Source: an uncultured delta proteobacterium | GTDB lineage: Bacteria; Myxococcota_A; Polyangia; Polyangiales; Polyangiaceae | Assembly (NCBI GenBank): GCA_963696385.1 | Contig: CAVOKF010000008.1 | Coordinates: 1 to 64,000, forward strand | Direction of reading: 5' to 3' | Length of the DNA: 64,000 nucleotides | Shown: in pieces, positions 8,862 to 19,084 of the stretch | Layout of the letters: each line of letters starts with the position of its first letter | How positions within the stretch are numbered: position 1 is the first letter of the stretch | The notes under the pieces: model-generated | Database searches by the model: none | Seen by the model: the letters and a program-made list of their open reading frames with translations, nothing else | What the model was told of the DNA's origin: nothing | Translations under genes and position numbers: made by a program

Positions 8862-10809
8862 CGGCTCTCCTCCCCCTTGTCTTCCCTATACGGAGGCGGT
8901 AACTATTGACATTTTAGTCTAGCCTCCCTCCGAGTCGCCTAAAGCTTCTTACATTCTTGTGAACAGCCCAGACGAGGCCCAGTATGACATTGTCACCTCC
9001 GAACTTCAAAATCCCCACGGCATTTTTTGCGTATCCTTCGACGCCGCCCCTCCTGACTGAGACTTTGCGAAGCGCCGTAGAGCAACTCAATCGTACTAAG
9101 GTCGTCGAAATCCGAACCTGGGAAGAGCTCCGGGTCGGCGGAAAGGCAATCATTGATACTATTTGTCATGAGGTCGAGAATCGCGATCTACTTCTCGCCG
9201 ACCTCACGGCATTAAACCCCAATGTCCTATTTGAGATTGGCTTCGCCATCGCAAAGCATAAGCGCATCTGGCTTCTTCACGACAAGACCGTTAGCAACAC
9301 CGACTTTGCCGATTTTCGGACGCTGTCCGCCGTCGGGTGCTGCATGTATGAGAATTCAACCGACATCATAAAACAGTACAATAAAGATCTACCGCATCTT
9401 GATCTCGCCGCCACCCTGCTGAGCCCCGCGGGTCCGTCCGTGCCCACTCAGGGATACGCACCATCGCTCCTGTATCTTAAAAGTCAGCACGACACCGATG
9501 CCAGTGTCCGTCTGACACAACGGATTGCCTCTCTGCCTATCCGCCCCGTGACTGATGACCCTGGAGAGGTACCGTGGCAAACCCTCGCCTGGTATGGCGA
9601 ACAAGTAGCCGCTGCCGAAGCGACCGTCTGCCACCTCACGGGCACCGAGCGTCGGGGGGCGCGCATTCGTAACGCCAGGTACGCGCTCGTTTCCGGCCTC
9701 GCGTTTGGCATGAATAAGCACTTAATCATTCTCAGCGAAGGTGACTACCTAGCTCCCCTCGATTATCGAGATATTCTCAAGCAGTATCAGACCGCTAGCG
9801 CCGCGGTTCGGCAGCTGGACGCGTGGCTCGCGCCACTCGTAGCGGATTGGAAGGAGCGTTTTCAGACTCGCGCCCTCCGGACAGATCGACAACGACGCGC
9901 CAATGATCTCAAGAGCCTCAACCTGGGTGACTATATTGCTGAAAACGAGGGAGACAGCCTAGTTGAAGGCTACTTCGTTGAGACGGCCGCGTATCGTGAA
10001 GCACTCCAAGGTACTCACACTGTGTTTGTCGGCCGTAAAGGTACCGGAAAGTCTGCCAACTTCCTTCAACTGGCAGCAAGGCTCAAAGGTGATACTCGAA
10101 ATATTCTCTCCGTTATCAAGCCGGTGGGATACGAATTGGAAAGCATCTTGCGCATTTTGGGGAAGTTGACAGACCGAGACAGAAAGGTTTTCGTCGTCGA
10201 GGGGCTTTGGAAGTTTCTGTTGTATTCCGAGGTCGCTCTGGCTCTGATGAACCGAATCGAGGCCAAGATTTCGTCGGCACGGACTGCGAAAGAAAACGAG
10301 TTTACGGAGTTCTGTGGTCGGCACCGCCACATTTTGCACGGCGACTTTTCCTCCCGACTAGAGCAATGTATCCGCAGCGTCGGAGACGAGATGGAGACAC
10401 GGGCTGAACGCAACACTCAGGACTTTCGTGAAACAATGAATGAGACGTTACATTCTGGTGTACTGCGAGAGCTTCGTGAGCGTCTGATCGGCACTTTGCC
10501 GCCGCGCGCACGTGTGGCGGCCATAGTCGATAACTTGGATAAAGCGTGGGACCGGCAAAGCGATTTTCGGTCCCTTGCGGAGTTCTTGCTGGGCCTACTC
10601 AGCGCCGCTAGCAAGGTGCGGCAGGAGCTTCACAACAGCGACATAAATGTCAGTCTTGCCGTTTTTCTGCGCGCCGACATTTTCGAAAAAGTACAGGAAG
10701 TGGCGCGGGAGCCCGATAAGATTCAGTACACTAGGCTCGCCTGGACCGACCCAGAGATGCTTTACAAGCTCTTAGAAGAGCGTTTTGTGGCGAGCGAGGA
10801 CGATGCTAG

Positions 10810-12680
10810 CCCTACTTTCGCAAAATCGCGACGCGGAGCGAGGCATTGCCGTCACGGGAGGCTTACGTTTGCGGCGTTTTCTCTTTCCATCGCTGGCGAC
10901 ACGGGATAGTGGAAAGAAATGCACTTCACGGAGAAGGTCGTCAATGGCAACCGTTACCGCATCGCTGCGCAAGCGGTCTGGGACGCAGCCGCCGGGCAGT
11001 CGTATTCGCGGCAGGCCATCCTTGGACCGGCGGAGATGCCCGAGAGCGTGAAGCTCGCACAGCTGCGGACGGTGGGCCGACGTCCTATCGGCGACGTTGG
11101 GGCTCTGGTCTGGGTGGCGGAGCAGTTAGACGTCGTCGGCACGCTCAATCGTGCGTGCGGCTGGAGTGGAGGAGCGAAGAGCGTGAGCCTTGGTGAAATG
11201 GTGCTCGCGGTTGCCGTGCAGCGAGCGTGTTCACCCGCCGCGAAGTGCCACCTGAGCGCATTCTTGTCGGATGCGATCCCGCGGGTGTCCTGCCTTTCTG
11301 CGAAGTCGTTCACCGGACAGGAATTCCATCGCCTTGCAGCGACGGCGACTGACGCGCAGCTGGAGACGGCGCAGATCGAGTTGGCCCGGGCCGCAGTGTC
11401 GAAGTTCGACCTCGGCACGAATGTGCTCGCGTTCGACACGACGAATTTTGACACGTACATCGCCACAACAACCGAGGGAGATCTGGCGCGTCGCGGGCAC
11501 GCAAAAAGCAAACGCGCTGACCTCCGCGTAGTCGGTCTTGGTGTACTCGTGACCGAGACTGGACACGTCCCGTTGCTTCACCGGACGTATGCTGGCAATG
11601 CATCCGACCATACGGTTCTGGAAGACTGCCTCGGTGGACTGGCACGGCTCCACGATGCTTTGGACGCGGCCGAGGAAAGCAAGCAACCGGGAGAGCGAAC
11701 GATCGTGCGCGATGGTGGCTCCTGGGGCGAGCAGACGGAGCTGAATCTCGATGTTGCTGGCTACTACACGCTCGTGTCATTGCCGCTCGGCACGAAGGCC
11801 GCTGAGAAGGCGCTCGCAGAAGCAGCGGGCCGCGGAGCGATGAAGCCTCTGTCAGGCCGACTCCGTCACGTGCGCGCCGCACGTCTTCGCACGTCTGTCG
11901 GCGATCTTGACCGAACGCTGGTTGTGGTCGACAGCCAGGAACTTCTCGCCGGGCAGAAGCGCGGAATCGCAGCGGCCTTGAAGAAGGCGAAAGTCGAGTT
12001 GGCGAAACTCGAGCGACGCGTAACTGCTGGGCGCATCCGACGAGACGCTCTGCAGGCCCGTATCGCCAAAACGCTTCGACGTGAACACCTCACATCCTTC
12101 GTGGTCACCCACGTCGGCGGCACCGAGGACGCCCCAACGTTGCAGTGGAGCGTTGACCCCATCCGACGACGCGAGCTCGAACGAACACGCCTCGGCAAAC
12201 GGGTGCTCTGCACCGACAGACACAGCTGGTCCAATGAACGGATCGTGACCGCTTGCCGCGGTCAGTGGTGCGTCGAGGAGGTCTTCCGCCGATCGAAGAA
12301 GGGCGGCGTGGTTCCCTGGGGACCCTCGCACCAATGGGCCGACACCTCCCTGCGCCTGCACACGTTTGCGACCGTGCTCGGCCTGACGCTCGTTAGCCTT
12401 GCCCGGATCGCGATGGGCACGACGAAGTCAGCGCGAGCGATGATGAAGACTCTCGCAGAGATTGAGGCAACGCAGGTGAGAGCCACTGGCGGGGGAATGG
12501 GCCGTCGCCCGACCTGGCTGCTCCCGCCCGACATTACCCCGTGGCAAAAGCAGGCGATCGAAGTCTTCGAGCTCGGACGTTGGATGCCTTCACTTCTTTC
12601 CACTATGCCGTCACGTCGCAAACGGGCTGCAATTCACGAGGCGGCGTGACCTGTTTCGCCGCCCGGATGCGAAAGTAGGG
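10810..12680 (+). mobile_element. IS1634-family insertion sequence, 1871 bp
   Basis: 13-bp terminal inverted repeats CCCTACTTTCGCA (10810-10822) and TGCGAAAGTAGGG (12668-12680). CTAG target duplication at 10806-10809 and 12681-12684. Confidence 0.9.
10919..12649 (+). CDS. IS1634-family DDE transposase
   Basis: AFDTTNF, RGHAKSKRADLR, YAGNASD, IVRDGG, VEEVFRRSK, LRLHTF motifs. Lies inside the inverted repeats. Confidence 0.85.
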   Translation: MHFTEKVVNGNRYRIAAQAVWDAAAGQSYSRQAILGPAEMPESVKLAQLRTVGRRPIGDVGALVWVAEQLDVVGTLNRACGWSGGAKSVSLGEMVLAVAVQRACSPAAKCHLSAFLSDAIPRVSCLSAKSFTGQEFHRLAATATDAQLETAQIELARAAVSKFDLGTNVLAFDTTNFDTYIATTTEGDLARRGHAKSKRADLRVVGLGVLVTETGHVPLLHRTYAGNASDHTVLEDCLGGLARLHDALDAAEESKQPGERTIVRDGGSWGEQTELNLDVAGYYTLVSLPLGTKAAEKALAEAAGRGAMKPLSGRLRHVRAARLRTSVGDLDRTLVVVDSQELLAGQKRGIAAALKKAKVELAKLERRVTAGRIRRDALQARIAKTLRREHLTSFVVTHVGGTEDAPTLQWSVDPIRRRELERTRLGKRVLCTDRHSWSNERIVTACRGQWCVEEVFRRSKKGGVVPWGPSHQWADTSLRLHTFATVLGLTLVSLARIAMGTTKSARAMMKTLAEIEATQVRATGGGMGRRPTWLLPPDITPWQKQAIEVFELGRWMPSLLSTMPSRRKRAAIHEAA

Positions 12681-13252
12681 CTAGTCCCGACGAGTTATGG
12701 GCCCAATTTTTCTGCCCGACCGTCAAGGGGAAACCAACTCGGCAGTTCTTGGCGGAAGCTGCTCTTCCACGACCCCGCGACTTCATTTACCTAGCCAAAT
12801 CCGCGATTACGACCGCAGTTAATCGTGGTCACGAGCGAGTTGAGGAGGTTGACGTCCTCACGGCGTGCAAGGTGTACTCAGAATTCGCCACTGGTATTCT
12901 GTCAATCGAAGACAATTCGGAAGCAAACGTGATTGAGAAAGTCGTATACGAATTCGTCGGAGCACCTTCTCGAATTGCGTACGGCGAGGTTCGTGAGCGC
13001 ATCGCGGCCGCCGGGATTAAGGGCGATGAAATCGACAGCGTCTTGGCACAGTTGTGCTCACTCACATTTTTAGGCATCGAGGTGGCGGATGGGGACTTTC
13101 GGTTCCCGGATAATGCGGCGGAGTTGAAGAAGGTAGAGGTGTTATCGAGACGCTTGTGTGAGGCGCGTCAATCCAAACCGGTATTTCAAATACATCGCGC
13201 TTTTCAGCCATTTCTTGAAAGTACGTGAAGGTATGGCCGTCGTCGGAGCCAG

Positions 13253-13830
13253 GTGGGGCGGGTGAAGAAGGAATGGGGCGCAAGACAGAGCCCAAGCCCG
13301 GTCGCCGAAGACGCGGCAAGCGAAGCGCCCACGCAGACGTTTCTGGACCCGCCATGCGTCGCCGAGACTGAGCCCGTGGACGTGCCCGTGGTGGAGCCGA
13401 GCACGAAGGACACACCGGCCGAGAAGGAGGGAGTGTCGTCGACGCTACGCGCGCAACCGGTGAGGTCGGCGCAATGGGTGCAACAGGTGGGTACGTGGCT
13501 GCTGCTTGCGATGCTCCACCGCGTAGGCTTGTACGACGCCGCCGGTGAGTGCTGCGCCGACGCGAAGATGCGTGGTCCGCTTCGCATCGCGCTCGACGCC
13601 TTTGCCTGCGCGCTCGCGCTCGGGGAGGGATGTGTCGAGGGAGTGCGCCGATTGATGACGGCGAGCGGGCGTGCGCTGGTACGAGCGAACCGCGCGCCAT
13701 CGGCGACGTGGGTACGTCGTGTACTGGGAGCCTTCGCGCGCGATCAGCGCGCGGCCCGTTTGCATCTGGCGATGGCCCGTCGTTACGTGCACCAGGCCCA
13801 CGTCGAAACGGAGCGCGACGTCGTAGCGGT
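13253..13830 (+). pseudogene. Probable transposase fragment
   Basis: LALGEGCVEGVRRLMTASGRALVRANRAPSATWVRRVLG resembles the N-terminal region of unclassified DDE transposases. The resemblance stops before any catalytic motif. Confidence 0.4.
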
Positions 13831-14363
13831 AGGTTTCCTCGGTCATCGAGGCGCTGGTCGACGAGATCGGCCATATGAAGGCGCTTCCGCAGTCGCCCGG
13901 ACGCAAAATCGGCTTCGACCTGTAGCCGTAGCGGCGGCCCCGGTGACGTTCAGCGGTCCCGCTTCCCCTTTTTCGTCATCGCGCGGATGCGCGCCTTAAT
14001 CCGGGCAGCGCTCAAATCGGACTCTCGGTGACAACGGACGCTCCTAAGACGCGATATGTGTCCGCGCCCTCTTCCGCGGCTCTTCGTCGACCGGCAGGCT
14101 TTGCATGGCATCTACTCGCCGGACCTGCGACGGCACGTCGTACGGCGCGCTCGGGCCCCGAGCTTTCCACCGAGCCGTCCAGCCATGTCGGTGGCGGCGT
14201 TGTCGAGGTTCTCGATCAGGCGCCCTCGGAGCCGGCGCGGGACGACGACGCCCCCGAGCACCTTGAGCGGAGGCGCAGTGGCGGCCTCGACGACGGCGGC
14301 GAGCGAGTCCGACGTCGTGAGCCCGACGGCGTTGACGAGGATCTCCCCTATGCTCGAGACGGG

Positions 14364-14401
14364 CACCGTAGGGGTCGTTGGTTCAATCCCAATCGCGCCG
14401 A
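14364..14401 (+). other. tRNA 3'-half fragment (most like tRNA-Val); att-site scar
   Basis: CAC-CGTAG-GGGTC-GTTGG-TTCAATC-CCAAT-CGCGCCG-A gives anticodon-loop end, 3' anticodon stem, variable loop, complete T arm, acceptor strand and discriminator. No D arm or 5' acceptor strand upstream. Confidence 0.75.
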
Positions 14402-14761
14402 CGAGGAATCCTCAACAAACATAGTCGGTTACGCCTCGTCGGGCAGGCGGGTCGTCGTTCTCGGGGCTCGCCTCACCATTTGAGGGGCCGGAGCGGTTAG
14501 AACTCGGTCACGAGTGGGGCGTGGTCCGACGAGAGCACCTCGCTCGAGCGACGCTGCGCTCATGGTGGACCTGGGCGGGATGGACCTCCTAGAACCGTGG
14601 CACGCGGTCACCCCTGAACGCCGAGCCAAACTCGACGCGTAGGCCCGCAAGTTTCCACCAGTGTGGGTCCTTGCCGGAAGGCCACTGAGCGCTGCTGCTG
14701 CCGCTTCCGATCAAGACGACATGCTGTTCGGGCTTCTGGGGGTCGGCTACACCTTCAGGTG

Positions 14762-15175
14762 ATGTTCCGAACGGTGCTCGGCGAAGTCGTCCGCGGCCAG
14801 GGCCACGCGACGCCATGGGCCGACACGGACGCCATCATCGCCAAGATCATCGGGCGCACGCTGCATCCTGGCACGATCAATCTGCTCGTCCCGGACCCGA
14901 CCAGCGAGCACCGAATCCTTGACCACGGAGGGGGCATCGAGCCGCAACGCATTCGCGCTCGCGGCTGGCACAAGTTCTGTCCCTGCACTCTCGACGGACA
15001 TCCCGGGTTCATCATCTGCACGTGGCGAGGCGCCATCTATCCCCCGGAGACGGTGATCCCCGAAACGACGCTGCTCGAAATTGTCGCGGAGCGGCTGCTG
15101 CCCAATATTCCGTACGGCAGGGAAAACGTCGTGCTGGACTATGACCCCAAGGCGGTCGAAACGAGGCGCGTCTAA
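14762..15175 (+). CDS. DUF120 / CTP-dependent riboflavin-kinase-like protein
   Basis: GEVVRGQGHA, HPGTINL and LLEIVAE match the G.V..G.G / PGTLN / LEIIA pattern of that fold. Confidence 0.5.
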   Translation: MFRTVLGEVVRGQGHATPWADTDAIIAKIIGRTLHPGTINLLVPDPTSEHRILDHGGGIEPQRIRARGWHKFCPCTLDGHPGFIICTWRGAIYPPETVIPETTLLEIVAERLLPNIPYGRENVVLDYDPKAVETRRV

Positions 15176-15343
15176 CAAACAGGCGATTGCCCGCGTGCCG
15201 AACGGTGGATGCCACCCCCGGTCGTGATGCACGCGGGCAATCGGCGTGTTGTTGGCGATCGGCCCGTCAGGTCGCGTACGCGCATTCAAACGCGGAAGTG
15301 CGCCAGCCGAATCCGGCACGACGCGTGCGTTTTCTTAGACAAC

Positions 15344-15480
15344 GTGTTCGGTTACTCGCCTCATGTTCGCGTGTACCTCGCGGCGCAGCCGATCGACATG
15401 CGTGCAGGCCACGACAGTCTGTTCGCGATTGTGAAGAGCTGGGACCTGAATCCCTTCAGCGGGGACCTGTTTGCGTTCGG
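15344..15480 (+). pseudogene. IS66 accessory protein TnpB (Orf2) 5' fragment
   Basis: VRVYLAAQPIDMRAGHDSLFAIV...NPFSGDLFAF, then the similarity ends. Confidence 0.75.
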
Positions 15481-15884
15481 AACGACGAGGACGGGTGAAA
15501 ATTTTGGTGTGGCACCGCGGGGGGATAGCCCAGGTCCTTGCGGCGACGGGGTTCGTGGATACCGATCGCGACCGATAGCGGAATTTTTGGCATCGGAGTA
15601 GCGGCCCCGCCGTGGGCGCGCGCGCGGCGCCCGTACAGTTGTTGGCATGATTTCGTCACGGACCCGCGACCGCACGAACTAGCGCCGCAACGTATCCGGC
15701 GTCCATCCCCGGCTCGCAGCGGATTGTCGCCGCGCCGACCACGACTTCCACCAGTCCGCGGCCGGCCTAACGCCTCTCGACGGTGATCTCGATCGGCTCG
15801 ATCGCCGACGTACCCTGCTCCGCACGGTTATCACGAGCCAACTGGCTCGACCACCACCGAAGCGAGAATACCGAAAGCCCTTCA

Positions 15885-17370
15885 TTCATCGGCTCGACGC
15901 GATCGAGCCACACCGGGCCGAGATAGCGAGTCTGGTCGGCAAGCAACAGCGGCTCCTTGCGAATGAACAGACGATGCTTCGGCGGTGCCGCTCGGTGCCG
16001 CGCTTCGAGCTGATCGAGCAGGTCGGCCGGGAGTGTCCAGGCGTGGGGACCGGCGGAGGTCGCCAGTCCAAGACGTTCGAGTTCGCGCAGGCGCGAAGCG
16101 GCGGCGCGTTCCGCCATGTCAACGGCTTCGGAATCGTGCGCGTAGACGCCGCCGCGCGCGCGGGCCACAAGGGCGATATGCCGGTCGACCGGCCGGATGG
16201 CCCGCTCCGGTTGACTCGTCACGGACACGATGTCGCCCGGACGGAGATCCGCGGCGGACCGCGGGTCGAGCGGGACGTGGAGCGCGTGGCCCGTCGGCGT
16301 ACAGCCGTCCCTTGAGCTCGTCGGACAGACCTTTGCGCGCGACACGCCCGGACACGACGCCGGCGGCCCCGGCGACGCCAGGCTCGAGCGCCTCCCCTTC
16401 GCCCACGATCCGGTATCGGGCAGGGTCGCCGCGCACGGCAGCGTGAATTTGCTTCAGGATGTCGCCACGCGAACCCAGTGCGCGAAGCTCGGCTTGCCAT
16501 CCCGCCTGGAGCGACCACGTCGATGGCGAGACGCGCTCCGCGAGGCGCATCGCTTCGAGGTGCTCGAGCCGCGCGACCAGGGTCGAGTCGTCGATCCGCC
16601 CGGGCCGCTGCCGAGACCGGACTTCGATGCGGTCGTCGACCGCGCGCCGCTCCAACTCGCGATCGAGCGAGGTGAAGCGCTCTTGGGTGATCTCCCGGGC
16701 ATACGCCCGCTGGATATCGAGGTCATGCCGTGGCCCGAGCTCCTCGGTCGCGATCTCCTGCGCGGTCCGGCGTAAGCCGTTCGAGATGTACCCGCGGTCG
16801 AGCCGGAGCTCGCGACCGCTTCGGTCGACGCCGCGGATCACGAGGTGCGCGTGGGGGTGGTCGGTGTCGAAGTGATTGACGGCCAACCATTCGAGCTTGC
16901 GATCGAGATCGCGCTCGATCCGAGCCCATGAAGCGCCGGACGTACGCAGTGAGATCGAGCTCCGCGGCGTCTTCCGGGGACAGGATGAACCGAAATTGGT
17001 GGCGCTCCCCGGCACGCGGCTGCTCAAAGGTCTCGACGCGAGCCGGCCCGTCGGCCGCGTACGCCACGCCCTTGGAGCCGTCCTTCTCAACACCGGCGCG
17101 CTCGATGTACCGCAGGTGCAACGCCGCCGCCTTCGCGCCGCCGGCACCCAGGCGCGCGACGTGCACCTTGACGACCGCCCGGCGCGCACTCGCATCCGGT
17201 CGCGGCACGGCGACGCGCGAGCGCGCGACTCGCCGCTGCGCCGTGCGGGCGCTCCGCGCAATCTTCGACAAAAGTGCGCCGCGAAACGAGCTTCTTTCGC
17301 CGCGAGGCGCCCGTTTTGGCCCTCGGCCCATCCGAGGCCTGAAAATAGGGAGATCGTCCAGGTCGCTCAC
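15885..17370 (-). pseudogene. VirD2-like MOBP relaxase (DUF3363 type), frameshifted and truncated
   Basis: HLRYIER, HQFRFILSPED, and HUH motif VNHFDTDHPHAHLVIRG. Frame changes near 16927 and 16295, and the gene is truncated after GPVWLD. Confidence 0.85.
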
Positions 17371-17372
17371 GA

Positions 17373-17530
17373 GTGGATCTACGTTTTCGCTAATGCGGTC
17401 AATAGGTTATCGATGTCGTGGATCCACGCCCTATGCCCGTGGATCCATACTTTTCTAAATAATTCTGCCATCTTTAACTCACGCGTGGATCCAATCCTTT
17501 ATCTTGCCCTCCGCTTTGCTCCGGGTTTCG
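17373..17530. promoter_or_regulatory. Putative oriT region
   Basis: TATCTTGCCC at 17500-17509 resembles the MOBP nick consensus YATCCTGY. GTGGATC(C) repeats at 17373, 17418, 17439 and 17485. AT-rich, and lies between the relaxase and a divergent accessory gene. Confidence 0.55.
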
Positions 17531-17916
17531 CCTCACCCCTGGTCGGCATTTTCACGACTCTCGTCATCGCTGCGTTGGTCGTGCGCGATCATCCCCATCA
17601 CCATGCATGCGCCGTGGATGCACCGCGCACATCACCCATGCGTCCATGCAAACAGCTCGAACACAGTCGGTAGGAAGAGGCAGCATTCGAGTGATGCCCC
17701 CCGCGATCGATGGGTGTGGGTCGCATCGCAAATGATGTGGACGCCATTGACGACATGACCTGCGCATATTACCAGTAGGGACAGAGCGGCGCGCTCCTCG
17801 CGCGCATCGCACTCTCCGGCGACGCACACGCCTGAGCGATCGTGTCCCTGCCCACGCGACTGCGCGCGGCGGGTGACTCGTGAACGTCCGCGCCACGAGA
17901 AAGGAGACGGCCACCG

Positions 17917-18381
17917 GTGGATGCCAAGACCATCGACGTATCGGACGTCGCCGAGTTGCAAGAGCGTTTCCGCAAAGCCCTACCCCGTGCGGAGACGAAA
18001 GTTCGATACGGGCAAGCGATTGAGATGATGGCGCCCGAACTCCACGCGATGCGATCGAAGGGCTACGGGTGGAGTGACATCGTGGCGATGCTCGCGGAGA
18101 AGGGACTGCACGTGACCCCGTCGACGCTGCGTAACCATCTCAGTCACATCAAGGGCGACAGCGCCAGGGCCTCACGGGGCAGACGCCGGCGTGTCGAGCC
18201 CGTCCACGCGAACGTGCAAAGCTCCGTGAACGTCGCGCCGGACAGCACGTCCGGGTCGTCGGGTCGTGAGGCACCGGGTCGTGATGCATCCATCCCGTCC
18301 GCGAGCGTATCGCAGTCCCCACGAGCGCCCGCGTTGTCGACTGTGAGCACCATCCGCGCGCCGACATCGTCCACCCCCTAG
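17917..18381 (+). CDS. MobC/StbA-like small DNA-binding mobilisation accessory protein
   Basis: AIEMMAPELHAMRSKGYGWSDIVAMLAEKGLHVTPSTLRNHL HTH-like pattern, AGGAG RBS, divergent from the relaxase. Confidence 0.55.
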   Translation: MDAKTIDVSDVAELQERFRKALPRAETKVRYGQAIEMMAPELHAMRSKGYGWSDIVAMLAEKGLHVTPSTLRNHLSHIKGDSARASRGRRRRVEPVHANVQSSVNVAPDSTSGSSGREAPGRDASIPSASVSQSPRAPALSTVSTIRAPTSSTP

Positions 18382-18559
18382 CCACGCCACGCGGAGCGCG
18401 TTTCCTCGGGGTCGTTCCCCGTCCGTTCGGACGGTGGATGCTGAAGCGCAGACGTTCGGAACGCATGGAGCATGGCGCTCTGTGAACGTTGCAAACGGTG
18501 CACGTGGCGCGTCGCCGTGACGTCACGAGCTGCATGCACGATGACGCGGTCGGGAGGGC

Positions 18560-18830
18560 GCCGACCTTCAAGCTCGCCACGGCCCGAACGATCTTCGCCC
18601 AGGTCGCCGTCCGATACGGCGCTTCGCGGAAGGGCGTGGCCCGGCGGAGTTCGCGGCGTGGCCTGCACCTGCTGCACACCTGCGGTGGGGTCCGCCAGGT
18701 CGACGTACTCGTCGCCCTCAATGAGACGCGGTGCGTCCTCGGCCACACTGACTTTCGCCACCTCGGCGTCGGTGAGCAGCGCGAGGAGGGTCTCTGGGGT
18801 GAGTGCGTTTTTCTTCGAATGGGTCGTCAT
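18560..18830 (-). CDS. Small hypothetical protein with an apparent +1 frameshift near 18610; end approximate
   Basis: LLALLTDAEVAKVSVAEDAPRLIEGDEYVDL...LPRSAVSD continues plausibly as ATWAKIV in the next frame. Confidence 0.5.
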
Positions 18831-19084
18831 GGCGGCCCCTTGATGCGGCTGTCGCAGTAGCTCGGTCCCGCTCGATTCAGGCGCGCGCGCGAGGCGCGTG
18901 CTTAATCGGTTCCGCTTTCGGTTCAGGCGCGCGAGAGGCGCGTGCTTAATGAACGTTCCCAAGTCGAGATCGTTGAAGGCGACGCGCAGCTTCCTGCGCC
19001 GGTCTCGTGTGAGTCACGTGGCACCTACGCCGTCATTCCTGGCGAGCGGCGGCGGAGCCGATATGCTGGCGCGAGAGGCGGATC

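Larger units (their letters stand above)
8984..13228 (+). pseudogene. NDT/TIR-like domain + Sll1717-family P-loop ATPase, interrupted by an IS1634-family element
   Basis: ADLTALNPNVLFEIGFAIA (nucleoside deoxyribosyltransferase-like), FVGRKGTGKS, VDNLDKAW, VFLRADIF, PRPRDFI. Removing 10810-12684 restores one frame (EDDA-SPDELWAQFFCPTV) of 2370 nt, 789 aa. Confidence 0.8.

Noticed and set aside
8984..10909. 641-aa ORF as a complete gene
   Set aside because: The last ~33 codons come from the IS left end. The true continuation is at 12685-13228.
14340..14405. Functional tRNA gene
   Set aside because: Only the 3' half is present; there is no D arm, 5' acceptor strand or 5' anticodon stem.
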